Origin: Anaeromyxobacteraceae bacterium
Lineage (GTDB): Bacteria; Myxococcota; Myxococcia; Myxococcales; Anaeromyxobacteraceae
Length of the DNA stretch: 64,000 bases
Direction: 5' to 3'
NCBI GenBank assembly: GCA_047602405.1
Contig: JASGHJ010000002.1
Span: 3,584,001-3,648,000 of the forward strand
The notes under the pieces were generated by a model, which had not been told where the DNA came from, made no database searches, and saw nothing but the letters and a program-made list of their open reading frames with translations. Both the position numbers and the translations under genes were made by a program. Numbering within the stretch: position 1 is the stretch's first letter; each line of letters opens with the position of its first letter. Positions 40,848-51,197 of this stretch are shown here, piece by piece.

Positions 40848-43800
40848 ATGGAAGCATTCCTGGTGCTGCTCGGACTCGCGGTCATCGTGGGCCCGTGGAT
40901 CCTCGCCATCGCCGGCTTCGTCCGCGCGGGGCGGCTCGCGAAGCGGGTGGAGCTGCTCGAGCGGCGAATGGACCCGAGGGCCGCGGCGCGGGGGGCGGTC
41001 GCGACCGCGGAGGTCGGGCAGGCGGAGGTCGCGCAGGCGCCGGTCGAGCGGCCGCTCGAGACCACGATCGCGACCGAGGTCGGCGGCCCCCTCACCCCGG
41101 CCCTCTCCCCCGCTGGCGCCGGGGAGAGGGGGAGCGGTCAGGAAGGTGCGCCAGCCGGAGCGGAGAGGGAGGTGTCGACCCCGGCGGTGGCCCCCTCGGT
41201 CGCGCCGCCCGTGCCCGCGCACGCCGCGCCGCCGGGGACGCTCGAGGAGCGCATCGCGCTCGTGTGGCTCACCCGCGCGGGCGCGCTCGTCGTGCTGCTC
41301 GGCGCGGCCACCTTCTTCAAGTACGCGGTCGACAACGACTGGATCCCGCCGATCCTCCGGGTCGCGCTCGGCGTCCTCGCCGGCGCCGGGGCCATCGCGG
41401 GCGGCGAGCTCCTGCGGCCGCGCGCACGGGTCGTCTGGGTGAACGTGGTCCAGGGCGCCGGCGTGGCCCTCCTCTTCTTCTCCATCTTCGCGGCCGCCGC
41501 GCTGTACGCGCTCCTGCCCTTCGCGCTCGCCTTCGCCGCCATCGCGGTCATCACGGCGGCCGGCTGCGCCCTCGCGCTGCGCGGCAAGAGCGAGGTCGTG
41601 CTCGGCCTCTCGCTCCTCGGCGCCCTCGCGGCGCCGGTGCTGCTCTCGACGGGGCAGGACAACCCCGCCGGCCTCCTCGGCTGGCTGCTCCTCGCCTGCG
41701 GCGCGACGCTCGCCGTCTCCGCGAAGCTCGGGTTCCGGATCGTGCCGTGGTTCGCGCTCGCCGGCACGGCCTTCCTCTTCGGCGGCTGGTACGGGCGGTA
41801 CTTCGAGATCTTCCGCCCCGCCGGCGTCCCTCGATCCGGACCTGCCGGCCGAGGTGCAGCAGGGCGTGTACTGGCCGCTCGGGCGCCGGCTCGTGCCGCT
41901 CGCGCTCGCGCTCGCCCACGTCGGCGCCTGGGCCGGCTTCTGGCTCCGGGCGCGGCGCCCCGGGCCGTCGGCCTGGCCGCGCCTCCTCGGGGACGTCTGG
42001 CTCGGCCTCACGCTCCTCGCCGCGCACGTCGTGCCGTTCATGCTGCTCCACGACCGGCCGGTCGTCGCCGGCGCCTCGATCGCGATCGCGGGCCTCGTCT
42101 CGGCGGTGCTCGCCGGGCGCGCGGAGCGGCCCGCATTCCGCCCCGCCGCCGCGCTGCTCGGCGCGGGCCTCCTCGCCGCCGTCGCCGAGCGGGCCGGCTG
42201 GCCCGGGATCGGCGCCGCCGCGCTGTGGGGCGTCGCCCACCTCGCCGCGTCGGGCCGCACGCTGCTCGCCGTGCGCGACGACCAGGAGCCCGGCGCGGGC
42301 CTCTCGACGGGCGGCGCGACCATCGCCGCGTCGATCGCGGGCCTCGGCTTCGCGGGCCTCGCCGTGCTCGCCACCCGGCCGCAGCAGGAGCTGCTCCGCG
42401 CGGGCCTCGCCGGCGCGGCGGGCGCGGCCGAGCTCGCGCTCGGCGCCCTCACCCTGCCCCGCGGCCGGGCGCGCGCCACGGTGCTCCTCGGCTCGGCGCT
42501 CGGCCTCGTCGCGGCCGCCGCCGCGTTCCTCCTCTCCGGCGCGAGCATCACCGTCGCCTGGGCGGCGCTCGCCGCCGCGGTGGCCGTGGTCGCCGCCCGC
42601 GAGCGCGACCCGTGGTGGCTCGGCGGCGCCGCGGCCATGTTCCTCCTCGCGCTCGGCCGCGCCTTCGACGTCGACCTGCACTCGGTCGAGGCCGCACGCT
42701 CGAGCTTCCTCGCCTCCGACGGCAAGGTGGGCGCGCTCACCTCGCGCTTCCTGCTGAACGCCCGCGGCGCCGGCCTCGCCGGCACCGCCGTCGCGCTCTT
42801 CGTCGCGGCGCGCGCGGTCCTCCGGGCCCACCAGGCCGGCGCGCCGAAGGCCTGGCGCGCGGTGGCGGCCGGGCTCGTGGTCGCCGCGCACGGTGCGCTG
42901 CTGGCGCTCCTCGTCGCGGAGGCCCGCGACCTCATGCTCCACTTCCCGCCCCCGCCGCCCACCGGCGACAGCATCGCCTTCGAGGACTACCGCCAGGCGC
43001 TCTGGGAGGCGATGTCGGGCCAGACCGGCGTCGCCGACACGGCCGCCACCGTGGTCATGGCGCTCTACGCGGCGGTGCTGCTCGTCGTCGGCTTCGTCGC
43101 GCGCGAGGTGCTCCACCGCTGGCTCGGCCTCGGGCTCTTCGCCATCACGCTCGTGAAGGTGCTGCTCTCCGACGTCTGGCGGCTCGGCGCCGGGCTGCGC
43201 ATCCTCGTCTTCATGGCGAGCGGCGTGCTGATGCTCGCGGCCGGGTTCCTCTATGCCCGCTACGGCAGGCGGATCCTCGGGCTCCTCAAGGAGCCGCCGC
43301 CGGGCGCGGGCACCGCCGCGCTGCTCCTCGCCGCCCTCGCGACGGGGGCCGGCTTCGCGGCGGCGCCGGGCCTCGCCCGCGCCGCCGAGCCCGGCCGACC
43401 GCTCGACGTCACCCCCTACGCGACGGAGCGCGCCATCGACGGCATCGCGGCGCCGGGCCTCCACGCGGTCCGCGTCGACGCCCCCCTCTTGCAGGCGACC
43501 CGCGCCCCCGCCGGGCTCGCCGACGTGCGCGTCGCCGGGCCCGACGGCGCCGAGGTGCCCTGGGCGCTCCGCGCCGTGGCGGGCCCCGCGGCCGAGGAGG
43601 AGATCCCGACCGCCCTCGTGGACCCGGTCGCGCTGCCGGACGGCGCCGTCCGCGCCGTGCTCGACAAGGGGAAGCACGGGCTGCGGACCGACGAGCTCCG
43701 GCTCGAGCTCGACGGCGCGGACTTCCTGCGCCGCGCGCGCGTCGAGACGAGCGACGACGGCAGGCGCTGGGGCGTGCTGGTCGACGGCCCCCGCGTGTAC

Positions 43801-44592
43801 GCGGTGCCCGGCGGCGAGGGCCTCGAGGCGGTCCGGCACACCGCCCTCGCCCACCCGCCCAGCGAGACCCGCTGGCTGCGGGTGACGCTCCTCCCCGGCG
43901 CCGGGAAGCCGCGCCTCCTCGGCGCGAGCGCCGTGCGGCGCCCCTCCGCGCCGCCGCCGATCGACACGCTCGCGCTCCCGGTCCCCGCGCGCGCCGACGA
44001 TCCGGCCCGCAAGACCAGCCGCTGGGACGTCGACCTCGGCGCGGGCGGCGTGCCCTTCGAGGCCGTGTCGCTGGCGGTCTCGACGCAGGCGTTCGAGCGT
44101 CGCGTGCGCCTCCTCGGCAGCGACGACGGGAAGACCTGGGTCGGGCTCGGCGGCGGGCTCGTGTTCCGCGTGCCCGGCGACGAGGCGCTGCGGGTGGGCG
44201 CCGTCCGGGCCGCGGGGCGCCGCTGGCTGCGCCTCGAGGTGCGCGACGGCGACGCCGCGCCGCTCGAGCTCACGAAGGTCACGGTGGAGTGGCCCGCTCG
44301 CGAGCTCGTCATCGCCGCGCGGCAGGGGGGCCCGCATCGCCTCCTCACCGGCAGCCCGACCGCCACGCCCCCGGCCTATGACCTCCCCGGCATCCTCGCC
44401 CGCTCGCCCGACGCGCCGGTGACCGCGGCCGCGCTCAGCCCCGCGCGCGCGAACCCGGCCTACGAGCTGGCGGACGCGGAGGTGCCCTTCACCGAGAGGT
44501 ACCGCACGCTGTTCGGGGCGGGGCTCCTCGTCGTGCTCGCGGGCCTCGGGGCGTTCTCGATGCGGCTCATGAAGTCCGGGCAGGGCTCGTAG
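40848..44592 (+). CDS. DUF2339 multi-pass membrane protein fused to a DUF3999-like domain (apparent frameshift near 41829)
   Basis: LEERIALVWLTRAG..FFKYAVDNDWI..RV; KVLLSD...RILVF..GVLM; C-term LADVRV..DGAEVPW...P.YDL. Confidence 0.75.
41087..41134. repeat. Palindromic REP-like element inside the CDS
   Basis: CCCCCTCACCCCGG-CCCTCTCCCC-N10-GGGGAGAGGG (10-bp stem). Confidence 0.65.
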
Positions 44593-45258
44593 GTGCACCT
44601 CTACCTGCACGGCTTCGCCTCGGGCCCCTCGTCGTTCAAGGCCCGCAACCTGAAGGAGCGCTTCGCCCGCGCCGGAGTCGCGCTCGAGACCCCCGACCTC
44701 ACGCCGGGGGCGGACGGCTTCGAGCGCTCGACGCCGCTCACGATGCTCGGCGTCGCGGAGGCGCTGCTCCGCGGCCTGCCCGGCCCGCACGTGCTCATCG
44801 GCAGCTCGCTCGGCGGCTACCTCTCCGCCGTCGCGGCGTCGCGGAACCCCTCGGTCGAGCGCCTCGTGCTGCTCGCGCCCGCGTTCCGGCTGTTCGCGCG
44901 CTGGAGCGCGCGGCTCACGCCGGCCGAGCTCGAGGGCTGGCGCGCGCGCGGGCTCGAGACGCACCACCACGTCACGAACACGCAGCGGCGGATCCCCTGG
45001 GCGTTCCACGAGGACGCGCGGACGCTGCCCGAGTACCCCGAGGTGCGCGTCCCGACGCTCGTGCTCGCGGGCACGAGGGACGAGGTCGTGCCGATCGAGG
45101 ACGTGCGCGCGTGGGTGGCGCGCACGCCCTCCGCACGCCTCGTGGAGCTCGACGACGGCCACGAGCTCGTCGCGAGCATCGACCGGATCTGGGACGAGGC
45201 GCGGGCGTTCCTGGGCGAGCCCGGCCCGGGACGCCAGGGCCCTGCGGCACGCGCCTGA
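44593..45258 (+). CDS. YqiA/YcfP-family alpha/beta hydrolase
   Basis: YLHGFASGP, GSSLGG, GTRDEVV, DDGHEL. Confidence 0.9.
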   Translation: MHLYLHGFASGPSSFKARNLKERFARAGVALETPDLTPGADGFERSTPLTMLGVAEALLRGLPGPHVLIGSSLGGYLSAVAASRNPSVERLVLLAPAFRLFARWSARLTPAELEGWRARGLETHHHVTNTQRRIPWAFHEDARTLPEYPEVRVPTLVLAGTRDEVVPIEDVRAWVARTPSARLVELDDGHELVASIDRIWDEARAFLGEPGPGRQGPAARA

Positions 45259-45267
45259 GCGCCCGGC

Positions 45268-45465
45268 CTACAGCCCCGCGCGCCGCAGGGTCGCGAGCTT
45301 CGCGTCGAGCGCGCGCGACCGGGCCGCGAGCTGCTCGAGCGTCGAGGCCTTCGCGTGGGCGATGCCGCAGGCGCAGCGGTCGGTGGAGCAGATGCCGCCG
45401 TGGGCCGGGTGGTGGCAGGTCTCGCAGAGGTCGGCGGCGTCGGAGCGGTCGTCGATCGGGTTCAC
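45268..45465 (-). CDS. Small Cys/His-rich putative metal-binding protein
   Basis: GTG start after GAGAGGA; CETCHHPAHGGICSTDRCAC then a helical tail; 65 aa. Confidence 0.55.
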   Translation of the reverse strand: MNPIDDRSDAADLCETCHHPAHGGICSTDRCACGIAHAKASTLEQLAARSRALDAKLATLRRAGL

Positions 45466-45621
45466 GGTGCTTCCTCTCGTCCTTCGGTTGGACGAGCGGT
45501 AGCACGCGACGCGCAGGCCGCGCTTTCGTGTCCTTGCAGCGGGCCGCCCGCTGCCCGGGGTGCCGTCAAGTCGACCCGCGGTCAGCGGTGGGCGCCACGC
45601 CCACCGCACCTCGGGTGCGCG

Positions 45622-46740
45622 CTACCGCGACCCCGACTGGCTCGCCGCCCAGATCGCGAGCGCCGCGAGCGCCGCCCCGATCACCGCGAAGGTGATCTTC
45701 ACCGCGCTCCACGGCCGCTCGCCGTGGACCTCGCCGGTCGTCGCGTTGATGGCGACCCGGTACGAGCGCGCCTGCCAGCGGTAGGCGAGCAGCCAGACCG
45801 GGAGGAGGAGGTGCTTGTAGGTGAGCCCGGCGTACTGCGTCTGCACGTCCTCGATGCGCTGCTCGTCGCCGCCGATCCGCCCGCGCACCTCTTCCTCGAG
45901 CGCGTCCTCGATCCGCTCCCGCGCCGCCTTGAAGCCCTGCGGCAGGTCGAGGTCGTAGGTGTGCGCGAGCTTCCCCGCGAGCGCGGACTCGGTGAAGGGC
46001 ACCGCGCCCTGGAGCGGCCAGGGCTCGAGCTTCACGAGGAGCTCGCCCGGCAGCGAGCGGAACGCGGGCACGAGCACGTCGTCGAAGAAGCGCTGGAACG
46101 CGCCCCACGCCGGCGACCAGCGGACGCGGGTCTCGTTGCGCGTCTGGTTGCCCACCCGCACGGTGACGACGTACCGGTCCCCGCGCTGGCCCCGGTACTG
46201 CGTCGCGGTCATGGCGTCGAAGGTGAAGAACGGGAGGTAGACGCCCTCGAGCTTCCCCTCCACGCCCATCTTCGTGAACGCCGTCGGCGCGAACCAGAGC
46301 CCCTTCACCCACGCGCGCAGCTTCTGGCGGGCGGCCTCGGCGGGCACCGCGAAGGTGAGGAGCCCGTCGACCGGGATGCGCTCCGGCGCGGCGTGCGCCT
46401 TCTCGCGCTGCACGGGCTCGCCGCAGTAGGCGCAGGCGGTGCTCGTGAGCGTGCCCTGGAAGACGACGGTCGCCCCGCATGCCTCGCAGCGCAGCTCCTG
46501 GCGGTCCGGCGGCGCGGGGCTCGCCTCGGCCCGGCGGCGCGCGATGCCCTGCAGCGCCACCTCGAGGTCGTGCTCCTCGATCTCGAGCCCGGGATCGAAC
46601 TCGAGCGGCTTCTCGAAGCCGCAGTGGTCGCAGCGGAGCTTCTGCGCGCCGATGTTGAAGACGAGGTCCGCGCCGCAGCGCTCGCAGGGGAACGTGCGGC
46701 CGCGGGCCTCGACGGGCGGCGGGCTCGACGGGTCGGGCAT
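45622..46740 (-). CDS. Zn-ribbon membrane-anchored protein (YdjG-like)
   Basis: CERCG, CDHCG, CEACG, CAYCG; YLPFFTFD; INATTGEVHGERP; C-terminal TM. Confidence 0.8.
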   Translation of the reverse strand: MPDPSSPPPVEARGRTFPCERCGADLVFNIGAQKLRCDHCGFEKPLEFDPGLEIEEHDLEVALQGIARRRAEASPAPPDRQELRCEACGATVVFQGTLTSTACAYCGEPVQREKAHAAPERIPVDGLLTFAVPAEAARQKLRAWVKGLWFAPTAFTKMGVEGKLEGVYLPFFTFDAMTATQYRGQRGDRYVVTVRVGNQTRNETRVRWSPAWGAFQRFFDDVLVPAFRSLPGELLVKLEPWPLQGAVPFTESALAGKLAHTYDLDLPQGFKAARERIEDALEEEVRGRIGGDEQRIEDVQTQYAGLTYKHLLLPVWLLAYRWQARSYRVAINATTGEVHGERPWSAVKITFAVIGAALAALAIWAASQSGSR

Positions 46741-46752
46741 GGCGCGCTCGCG

Positions 46753-47841
46753 CTACTTGCCGGGCGGGGGCGGCGGAGGCGGCGGCGCCGCGAAGTACGG
46801 CGAGAGCGCCGGCACCTGGGACGCGGGGGTCCAGGCGGTGAGGCCGCCGCCGTACACGAGGGTCGCGCCCTGCACCTGCCCGGCCTGGATCGCCTGCGCG
46901 ACCTGCGCGAGCGGGAACGGCCCGGTGGTCTGCCCGTTCACCGCCACGTAGAACGGCGGCGCGGGCGGGGGCGGCGGCGGTGCGGCCGCGACGGCCTGGC
47001 CCATCTGCTGGGCCATCGCCATGCCGATGCCGATCCCGGCGCCGGCCGAGCCGAGGCCGCCCGGGTTCTGGGCGCCGGCGAGCATCGCCTGACCGAGCTG
47101 GTACTGCTGGAACCTCTGGAGATCGCCCATGACGCCGATCGAGGAGCGCGTGTCGAGCGCCTTCTCGACCTCGGGCGGCAGGGAGACGTTCACGATGAGG
47201 AGCTGCGGCAGCTCGAGGCCGTACTCGTCGTCGATCTGCGTGGCGACGCGCTTGCGCAGTCCGTCGGAGAGGCTGGTGTAGTTGGCCGCGAGATCGAGCG
47301 CGGCGATCTTCGACTCGCCCACGAGCTGCGCGAACGAGGTCGCGATCATGCCGCGGAGGAGCTCTCCCACCTCGTCCGCCTCGAACACGCCGTCGGTCCC
47401 GACGAGGCCGGTGATGAGCGCCTTCGGATCGGAGGCCTTGAGCGCGTAGGTGCCGAACGCGCGGAGCCGGATTGGCCCGAAGTCGGCGTCGCGCAGCATG
47501 ATCGGCTGCGGGGTGCCCCACTTCAGCCCGGTGATCTGCCGGGTCGAGACGAAGTAGACCTCGCACTTGAACGGGCTGTTGAAGCCGTACTTCCACCCGT
47601 TGAGCGTCGACAGCACCGGCAGGTTCGCGGTGGTGAGCTCGTACATGCCGGGCTGGAAGACGTCGGCGATCTTGCCGCGGTCCACGAAGACCGCCATCTG
47701 CCCCGGGCGCACGATGAGCTGCGCGCCGTTCTTGATCTCGTTCTGGTAGCGCGGGAAGCGCCACACCAGCGTCTGGTTGGTGTCGTCGACCCACTCGACG
47801 ATGTCGACGAGTTCGCCGCGAAGCTTGTCCAGAAGACCCAT
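46753..47841 (-). CDS. SPFH/band-7 domain protein with C-terminal GYF_2 domain (YdjI-like)
   Basis: EIKNGAQLIVR, SPFKCEVYF, KWGTPQP, NVSLPPEVEK; FYVAVNGQTTGPF. Confidence 0.88.
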   Translation of the reverse strand: MGLLDKLRGELVDIVEWVDDTNQTLVWRFPRYQNEIKNGAQLIVRPGQMAVFVDRGKIADVFQPGMYELTTANLPVLSTLNGWKYGFNSPFKCEVYFVSTRQITGLKWGTPQPIMLRDADFGPIRLRAFGTYALKASDPKALITGLVGTDGVFEADEVGELLRGMIATSFAQLVGESKIAALDLAANYTSLSDGLRKRVATQIDDEYGLELPQLLIVNVSLPPEVEKALDTRSSIGVMGDLQRFQQYQLGQAMLAGAQNPGGLGSAGAGIGIGMAMAQQMGQAVAAAPPPPPPAPPFYVAVNGQTTGPFPLAQVAQAIQAGQVQGATLVYGGGLTAWTPASQVPALSPYFAAPPPPPPPPGK

Positions 47842-47959
47842 GTCCGTTCGCTCCTCCCCGGGAGTGGAGCGATCGTGCCACGGACGCGCCCGGCGTGAAA
47901 GGGTCCCGCGTCACACCCGCGCTCCTCGGCCGCGGCGGGCGGGCGGGACCCCGAGGCCG

Positions 47960-49315
47960 TCACCGCGCCTTCGCGAACCGGGCGAAGACCATGTCCGGCC
48001 CGGCGACGCACGGCGGCTTCGTCGGGTCCGGGTTCTGGGTCCCGCCGGAGAGGTCGGTGGCCACGTAGGCGACCCGCGGCGCGCCGTCGGCGCCCATCGC
48101 CAGCGTGGGCCGGTCGAGCACCCATGCCGCGACCGTGCAGTTGGGATACGGGATGATCTCGTCCGGCTTCATGTCGCCCGAGCGCTCGACGGCCCTGGGC
48201 GTCCAGCGGTTCCCGTCGGTGCACCCGCCGTCGTCACAGGCCGCGACCATCACGTCGGCGTTGCCGGTGTAGGCGAGCCGCGGCCGCCCGGCCGCGTCGA
48301 GGGCGAGGTCGAGGCCGGCGTCGAGGGCGTCGGACTGGACGAGGACGCCGCCCGAGAACCGCGAGCCGGAGGTGCAGCCGTCGTCGCAGGAGAACCAGGA
48401 GAGGTTGCGCTTCCCGGCCGCGTCCTTCGAGAGCAGCGCGACGCGCGGGTGGCCGTCGGCCGTGAGGGCGAGCGAGACCGCGGGGTCGATGCCCTCGATC
48501 CAGCGGCTCGAGAACGCGCGGAGGAGGCCGGTGCCCTGCCAGCTCGCGGGCGAGCCGCAGTCACCGTCGGAGCACTCGAGGTAGGCGCCGTAGTCGTCGA
48601 GCCCCATGTCGAGGTCGACCTGCGACACGACCGTCGCGAGGTGCGCCACCCCCGCGGCGTCGATCCGCAGCGCGTTCGCCTGCCAGAGCTGGTCGGCGAT
48701 CTTCGCCGCGCCCCAGGAGGCGGGCTCGAGGCAGCCGGCGTCACAGCCCATCGCGAAGGTCTCGGGCGCCCCCTGGCCGATGCCGGCGTAGGTCCGGTAG
48801 GTGTGGAAGAGGAAGCGCGGCGCGCCGTCCGGGGTGAGCGCGAGCGCCTCGCCGCTCACCTCGTACTTGCCGCCGTGCTCGAGCACGGTGGCGGCGTCCC
48901 AGGCGGCGGGCTGCGTGCAGTCGCCGTCGCACGCGAGGTAGTGGACCCGCTGCATCGTCGAGAGGAGCACGCGGGGCTTCCCGGCCTTCGTGAGCGCGAG
49001 GGCCATGTGCGACACCGAGGCCTCGGCCTGGAAGACCACGACCTTCACGTCCGCCGGCGACGCGCACCCCGCGGCGCAGGAGCCGTAGTACGCGAGGCCG
49101 CCGCCGTACGCGCGGTAGATCATGTGCAGGTTGCCCTGCCCGTCCACCTCGACGTGCGGGTCGGTCGTGTTCTCGGGCTCGCCGGTGGGCAGGAAGAACG
49201 CGGAGGAGGCTCCCACGCCGGGCTTGCCGCCGTTGCCGCTGGCGTCGCCGCCGCCGCCGCACGCGCCGAGCGCGGCCGCGACGAGGAGGACGAGGGCGTT
49301 CCTGGAGGAGCGCAT
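47960..49315 (-). CDS. Cys-rich repeat lipoprotein (putative beta-propeller)
   Basis: LGAC lipobox; repeated Y..C...C....W and LAL..DG.PR units. Confidence 0.65.
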   Translation of the reverse strand: MRSSRNALVLLVAAALGACGGGGDASGNGGKPGVGASSAFFLPTGEPENTTDPHVEVDGQGNLHMIYRAYGGGLAYYGSCAAGCASPADVKVVVFQAEASVSHMALALTKAGKPRVLLSTMQRVHYLACDGDCTQPAAWDAATVLEHGGKYEVSGEALALTPDGAPRFLFHTYRTYAGIGQGAPETFAMGCDAGCLEPASWGAAKIADQLWQANALRIDAAGVAHLATVVSQVDLDMGLDDYGAYLECSDGDCGSPASWQGTGLLRAFSSRWIEGIDPAVSLALTADGHPRVALLSKDAAGKRNLSWFSCDDGCTSGSRFSGGVLVQSDALDAGLDLALDAAGRPRLAYTGNADVMVAACDDGGCTDGNRWTPRAVERSGDMKPDEIIPYPNCTVAAWVLDRPTLAMGADGAPRVAYVATDLSGGTQNPDPTKPPCVAGPDMVFARFAKAR

Positions 49316-49325
49316 GGCGGGCTCC

Positions 49326-49895
49326 TCACCGCGCCGCGACCGCGGGGGGCGCGGACGCGGCGGACAGGTCGAGGTGGGCGGTCCAGCGCGCGGGCTCGGT
49401 GCAGTCGCCCGCGCAGGACGCGACGAACGCGCGCCCGGCCGGGACGTCCTCCTCCGCGCGCGGCACGATCCGGAAGGACGCGGCGCCGTCGGCGGCGACC
49501 GCGAGGCCCGCGCCGTCGAGGCCGAAGCGGCCCGAGTGCTCGACCGCGATCAGGCGGACCCAGCCGTCCGGCCGCGTGCAGTCGCCGGTGCAGGCCGCGT
49601 AGTGGACCCGGTTGCGGGTCTCGATGAGGAGCTGCGGCCTCCCGTCCGCGCCGAGCGCGACCGAGAAGCCGCGCGCGGGCGCCTCGAGCTCGAAGGCGAC
49701 CTTCAGCTCGCCGGTGCGCGCGCAGCCGCCGGCGCAGTAGGCGTACTCGGCCGTGAGGCCGACGCCGGTGGCGCGGATCATGTGCACGCCGCCCTTCGCG
49801 TCGATGGCCGCGGCGGCGGGGACGCCGGCGGAGGCGGTGGTGGAGGCAGAGAGCAGGAGGGCGGTGACGAGGGCGCGCTTCGAGATGAGGATCAT
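49326..49895 (-). CDS. Shorter secreted paralogue of the adjacent Cys-rich protein
   Basis: Signal peptide; RVHYAACTGDCTRPDGW aligns with RVHYLACDGDCTQPAAW of 47960-49315. Confidence 0.65.
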   Translation of the reverse strand: MILISKRALVTALLLSASTTASAGVPAAAAIDAKGGVHMIRATGVGLTAEYAYCAGGCARTGELKVAFELEAPARGFSVALGADGRPQLLIETRNRVHYAACTGDCTRPDGWVRLIAVEHSGRFGLDGAGLAVAADGAASFRIVPRAEEDVPAGRAFVASCAGDCTEPARWTAHLDLSAASAPPAVAAR

Positions 49896-50108
49896 CGGTT
49901 CTTCTCCGTGCGGCCGGCCAGGGGGAGATCGCCGGTGCCGCGGTTTCACGCTGCGGAAGATGCCCGCGGACGTACGGAGGACCAACCTCAGGATTTCCTA
50001 AGGCGCCTTGAGAATTCGCTAAGGGATCCTATGGGGATCCTAAGGTGAGGCGGACGGGGGAGACGGGATGGGGAGGGGAGACGGATTGGGAGACGGGGAC
50101 GTCTCCGA

Positions 50109-51176
50109 CTACCCCCTGACCCTCTCGCTCCCCGCCGCGATCGCGTTCTCGACGTGCTCGCCGGGCTTCACCTCGGTGCCCGGCCACACGATCGCCCTCC
50201 GCACGCACGCGCCCGCGCCGATCCGGGCTCCGGCCCCGATCACCGTGGCGGGCCCGATCTCCGCCCCGCAGTCGATCTCGGCGCCCTCCCCCACGATGAC
50301 CGGCCCGTGCAGCCGCGCGGCCGGATCGATCTGGGTCCCCCGGGCCGCGCAGATCCGCTGCGACGGCTCGGCCCCCGGCGCGAGCTCGCAGCCGGGCCAG
50401 GGGTCCGCGCCGCGGAAACGCGCGAGCGGGACCTTCGCGGACAGGACGTCCGCGGTCGCCTCGAGGTACCGCGCCGGCGTGCCGAGGTCGTTCCAGTAGC
50501 CGGAGACCACGAGCCCCCGGACGGCCCCGGCCTCGAACAGCGGCGGGTACACGTGCCGGTTCACGTCGCACTCGAACGGCTCCGCGGGGATCCGCTCGAG
50601 GAGGCCCGGCGACACCACGTGCACGCCCGAGAAGTGCCAGGGCGCGAGCTTCACCTCGGGGCCCGCGCCCCGGCCCGCGATCCGGCGCACGGCGCCCTCC
50701 CCGTCCACGTCCACCGTCGCGAACCTCGCGCCCGGCGGCATCGGGAGGAGCAGCATCGTCGCGAGCGCGCCCGCCTTCGCGGCCTCGCGGTGGGCCGCGA
50801 GCGCGGCGGCCAGGTTCACGTCGAAGAGCACGTCCCCGTTCACCACCACGACCTCGCTCGCGCCCCCGAGCAGGCTCCGCGCCTCGCGCAGCGCGCCGCC
50901 GGTGCCGGCGATGACGGGCTCGCGCGAGACCGCGACCTCCACGCCCACGGCGCGGCCGGCGGCGACGGCGGCCTCGGCCATCCGGTCCGGGAGGTGGTGC
51001 ACGTTCACGGCGGCGCGGCGCACGCCGGCCCCGGCGAGCAGCGCGAGCGACCAGCGGACGAGCGGCAGGCCGGCGACCGGGATCGCCGGCTTCGGCAGGA
51101 CGTCGGTGAGGGGACGCAGGCGCGTGCCGAGGCCCGCGCAGAGGATCATGCCGACCGGCTCGCCGCCTCGATCCAT
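50109..51176 (-). CDS. NDP-sugar pyrophosphorylase (nucleotidyltransferase plus hexapeptide repeats)
   Basis: MILCAGLGTRLRPLT..PKP, VNGDV, YWNDLGTP, C-terminal IGAG repeats. Confidence 0.9.
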   Translation of the reverse strand: MDRGGEPVGMILCAGLGTRLRPLTDVLPKPAIPVAGLPLVRWSLALLAGAGVRRAAVNVHHLPDRMAEAAVAAGRAVGVEVAVSREPVIAGTGGALREARSLLGGASEVVVVNGDVLFDVNLAAALAAHREAAKAGALATMLLLPMPPGARFATVDVDGEGAVRRIAGRGAGPEVKLAPWHFSGVHVVSPGLLERIPAEPFECDVNRHVYPPLFEAGAVRGLVVSGYWNDLGTPARYLEATADVLSAKVPLARFRGADPWPGCELAPGAEPSQRICAARGTQIDPAARLHGPVIVGEGAEIDCGAEIGPATVIGAGARIGAGACVRRAIVWPGTEVKPGEHVENAIAAGSERVRG

Positions 51177-51197
51177 GGTACGGGGTGGTAGCACTTC

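Noticed and set aside
45400..45430. CxxCH c-type heme motif (CETCH)
   Set aside because: No signal peptide and additional Cys/His residues; Zn binding is more plausible
47865..47880. Sigma54 promoter before the SPFH gene (TGGCACGATCGCTCCA)
   Set aside because: Perfect -24 element but the invariant -12 GC is absent
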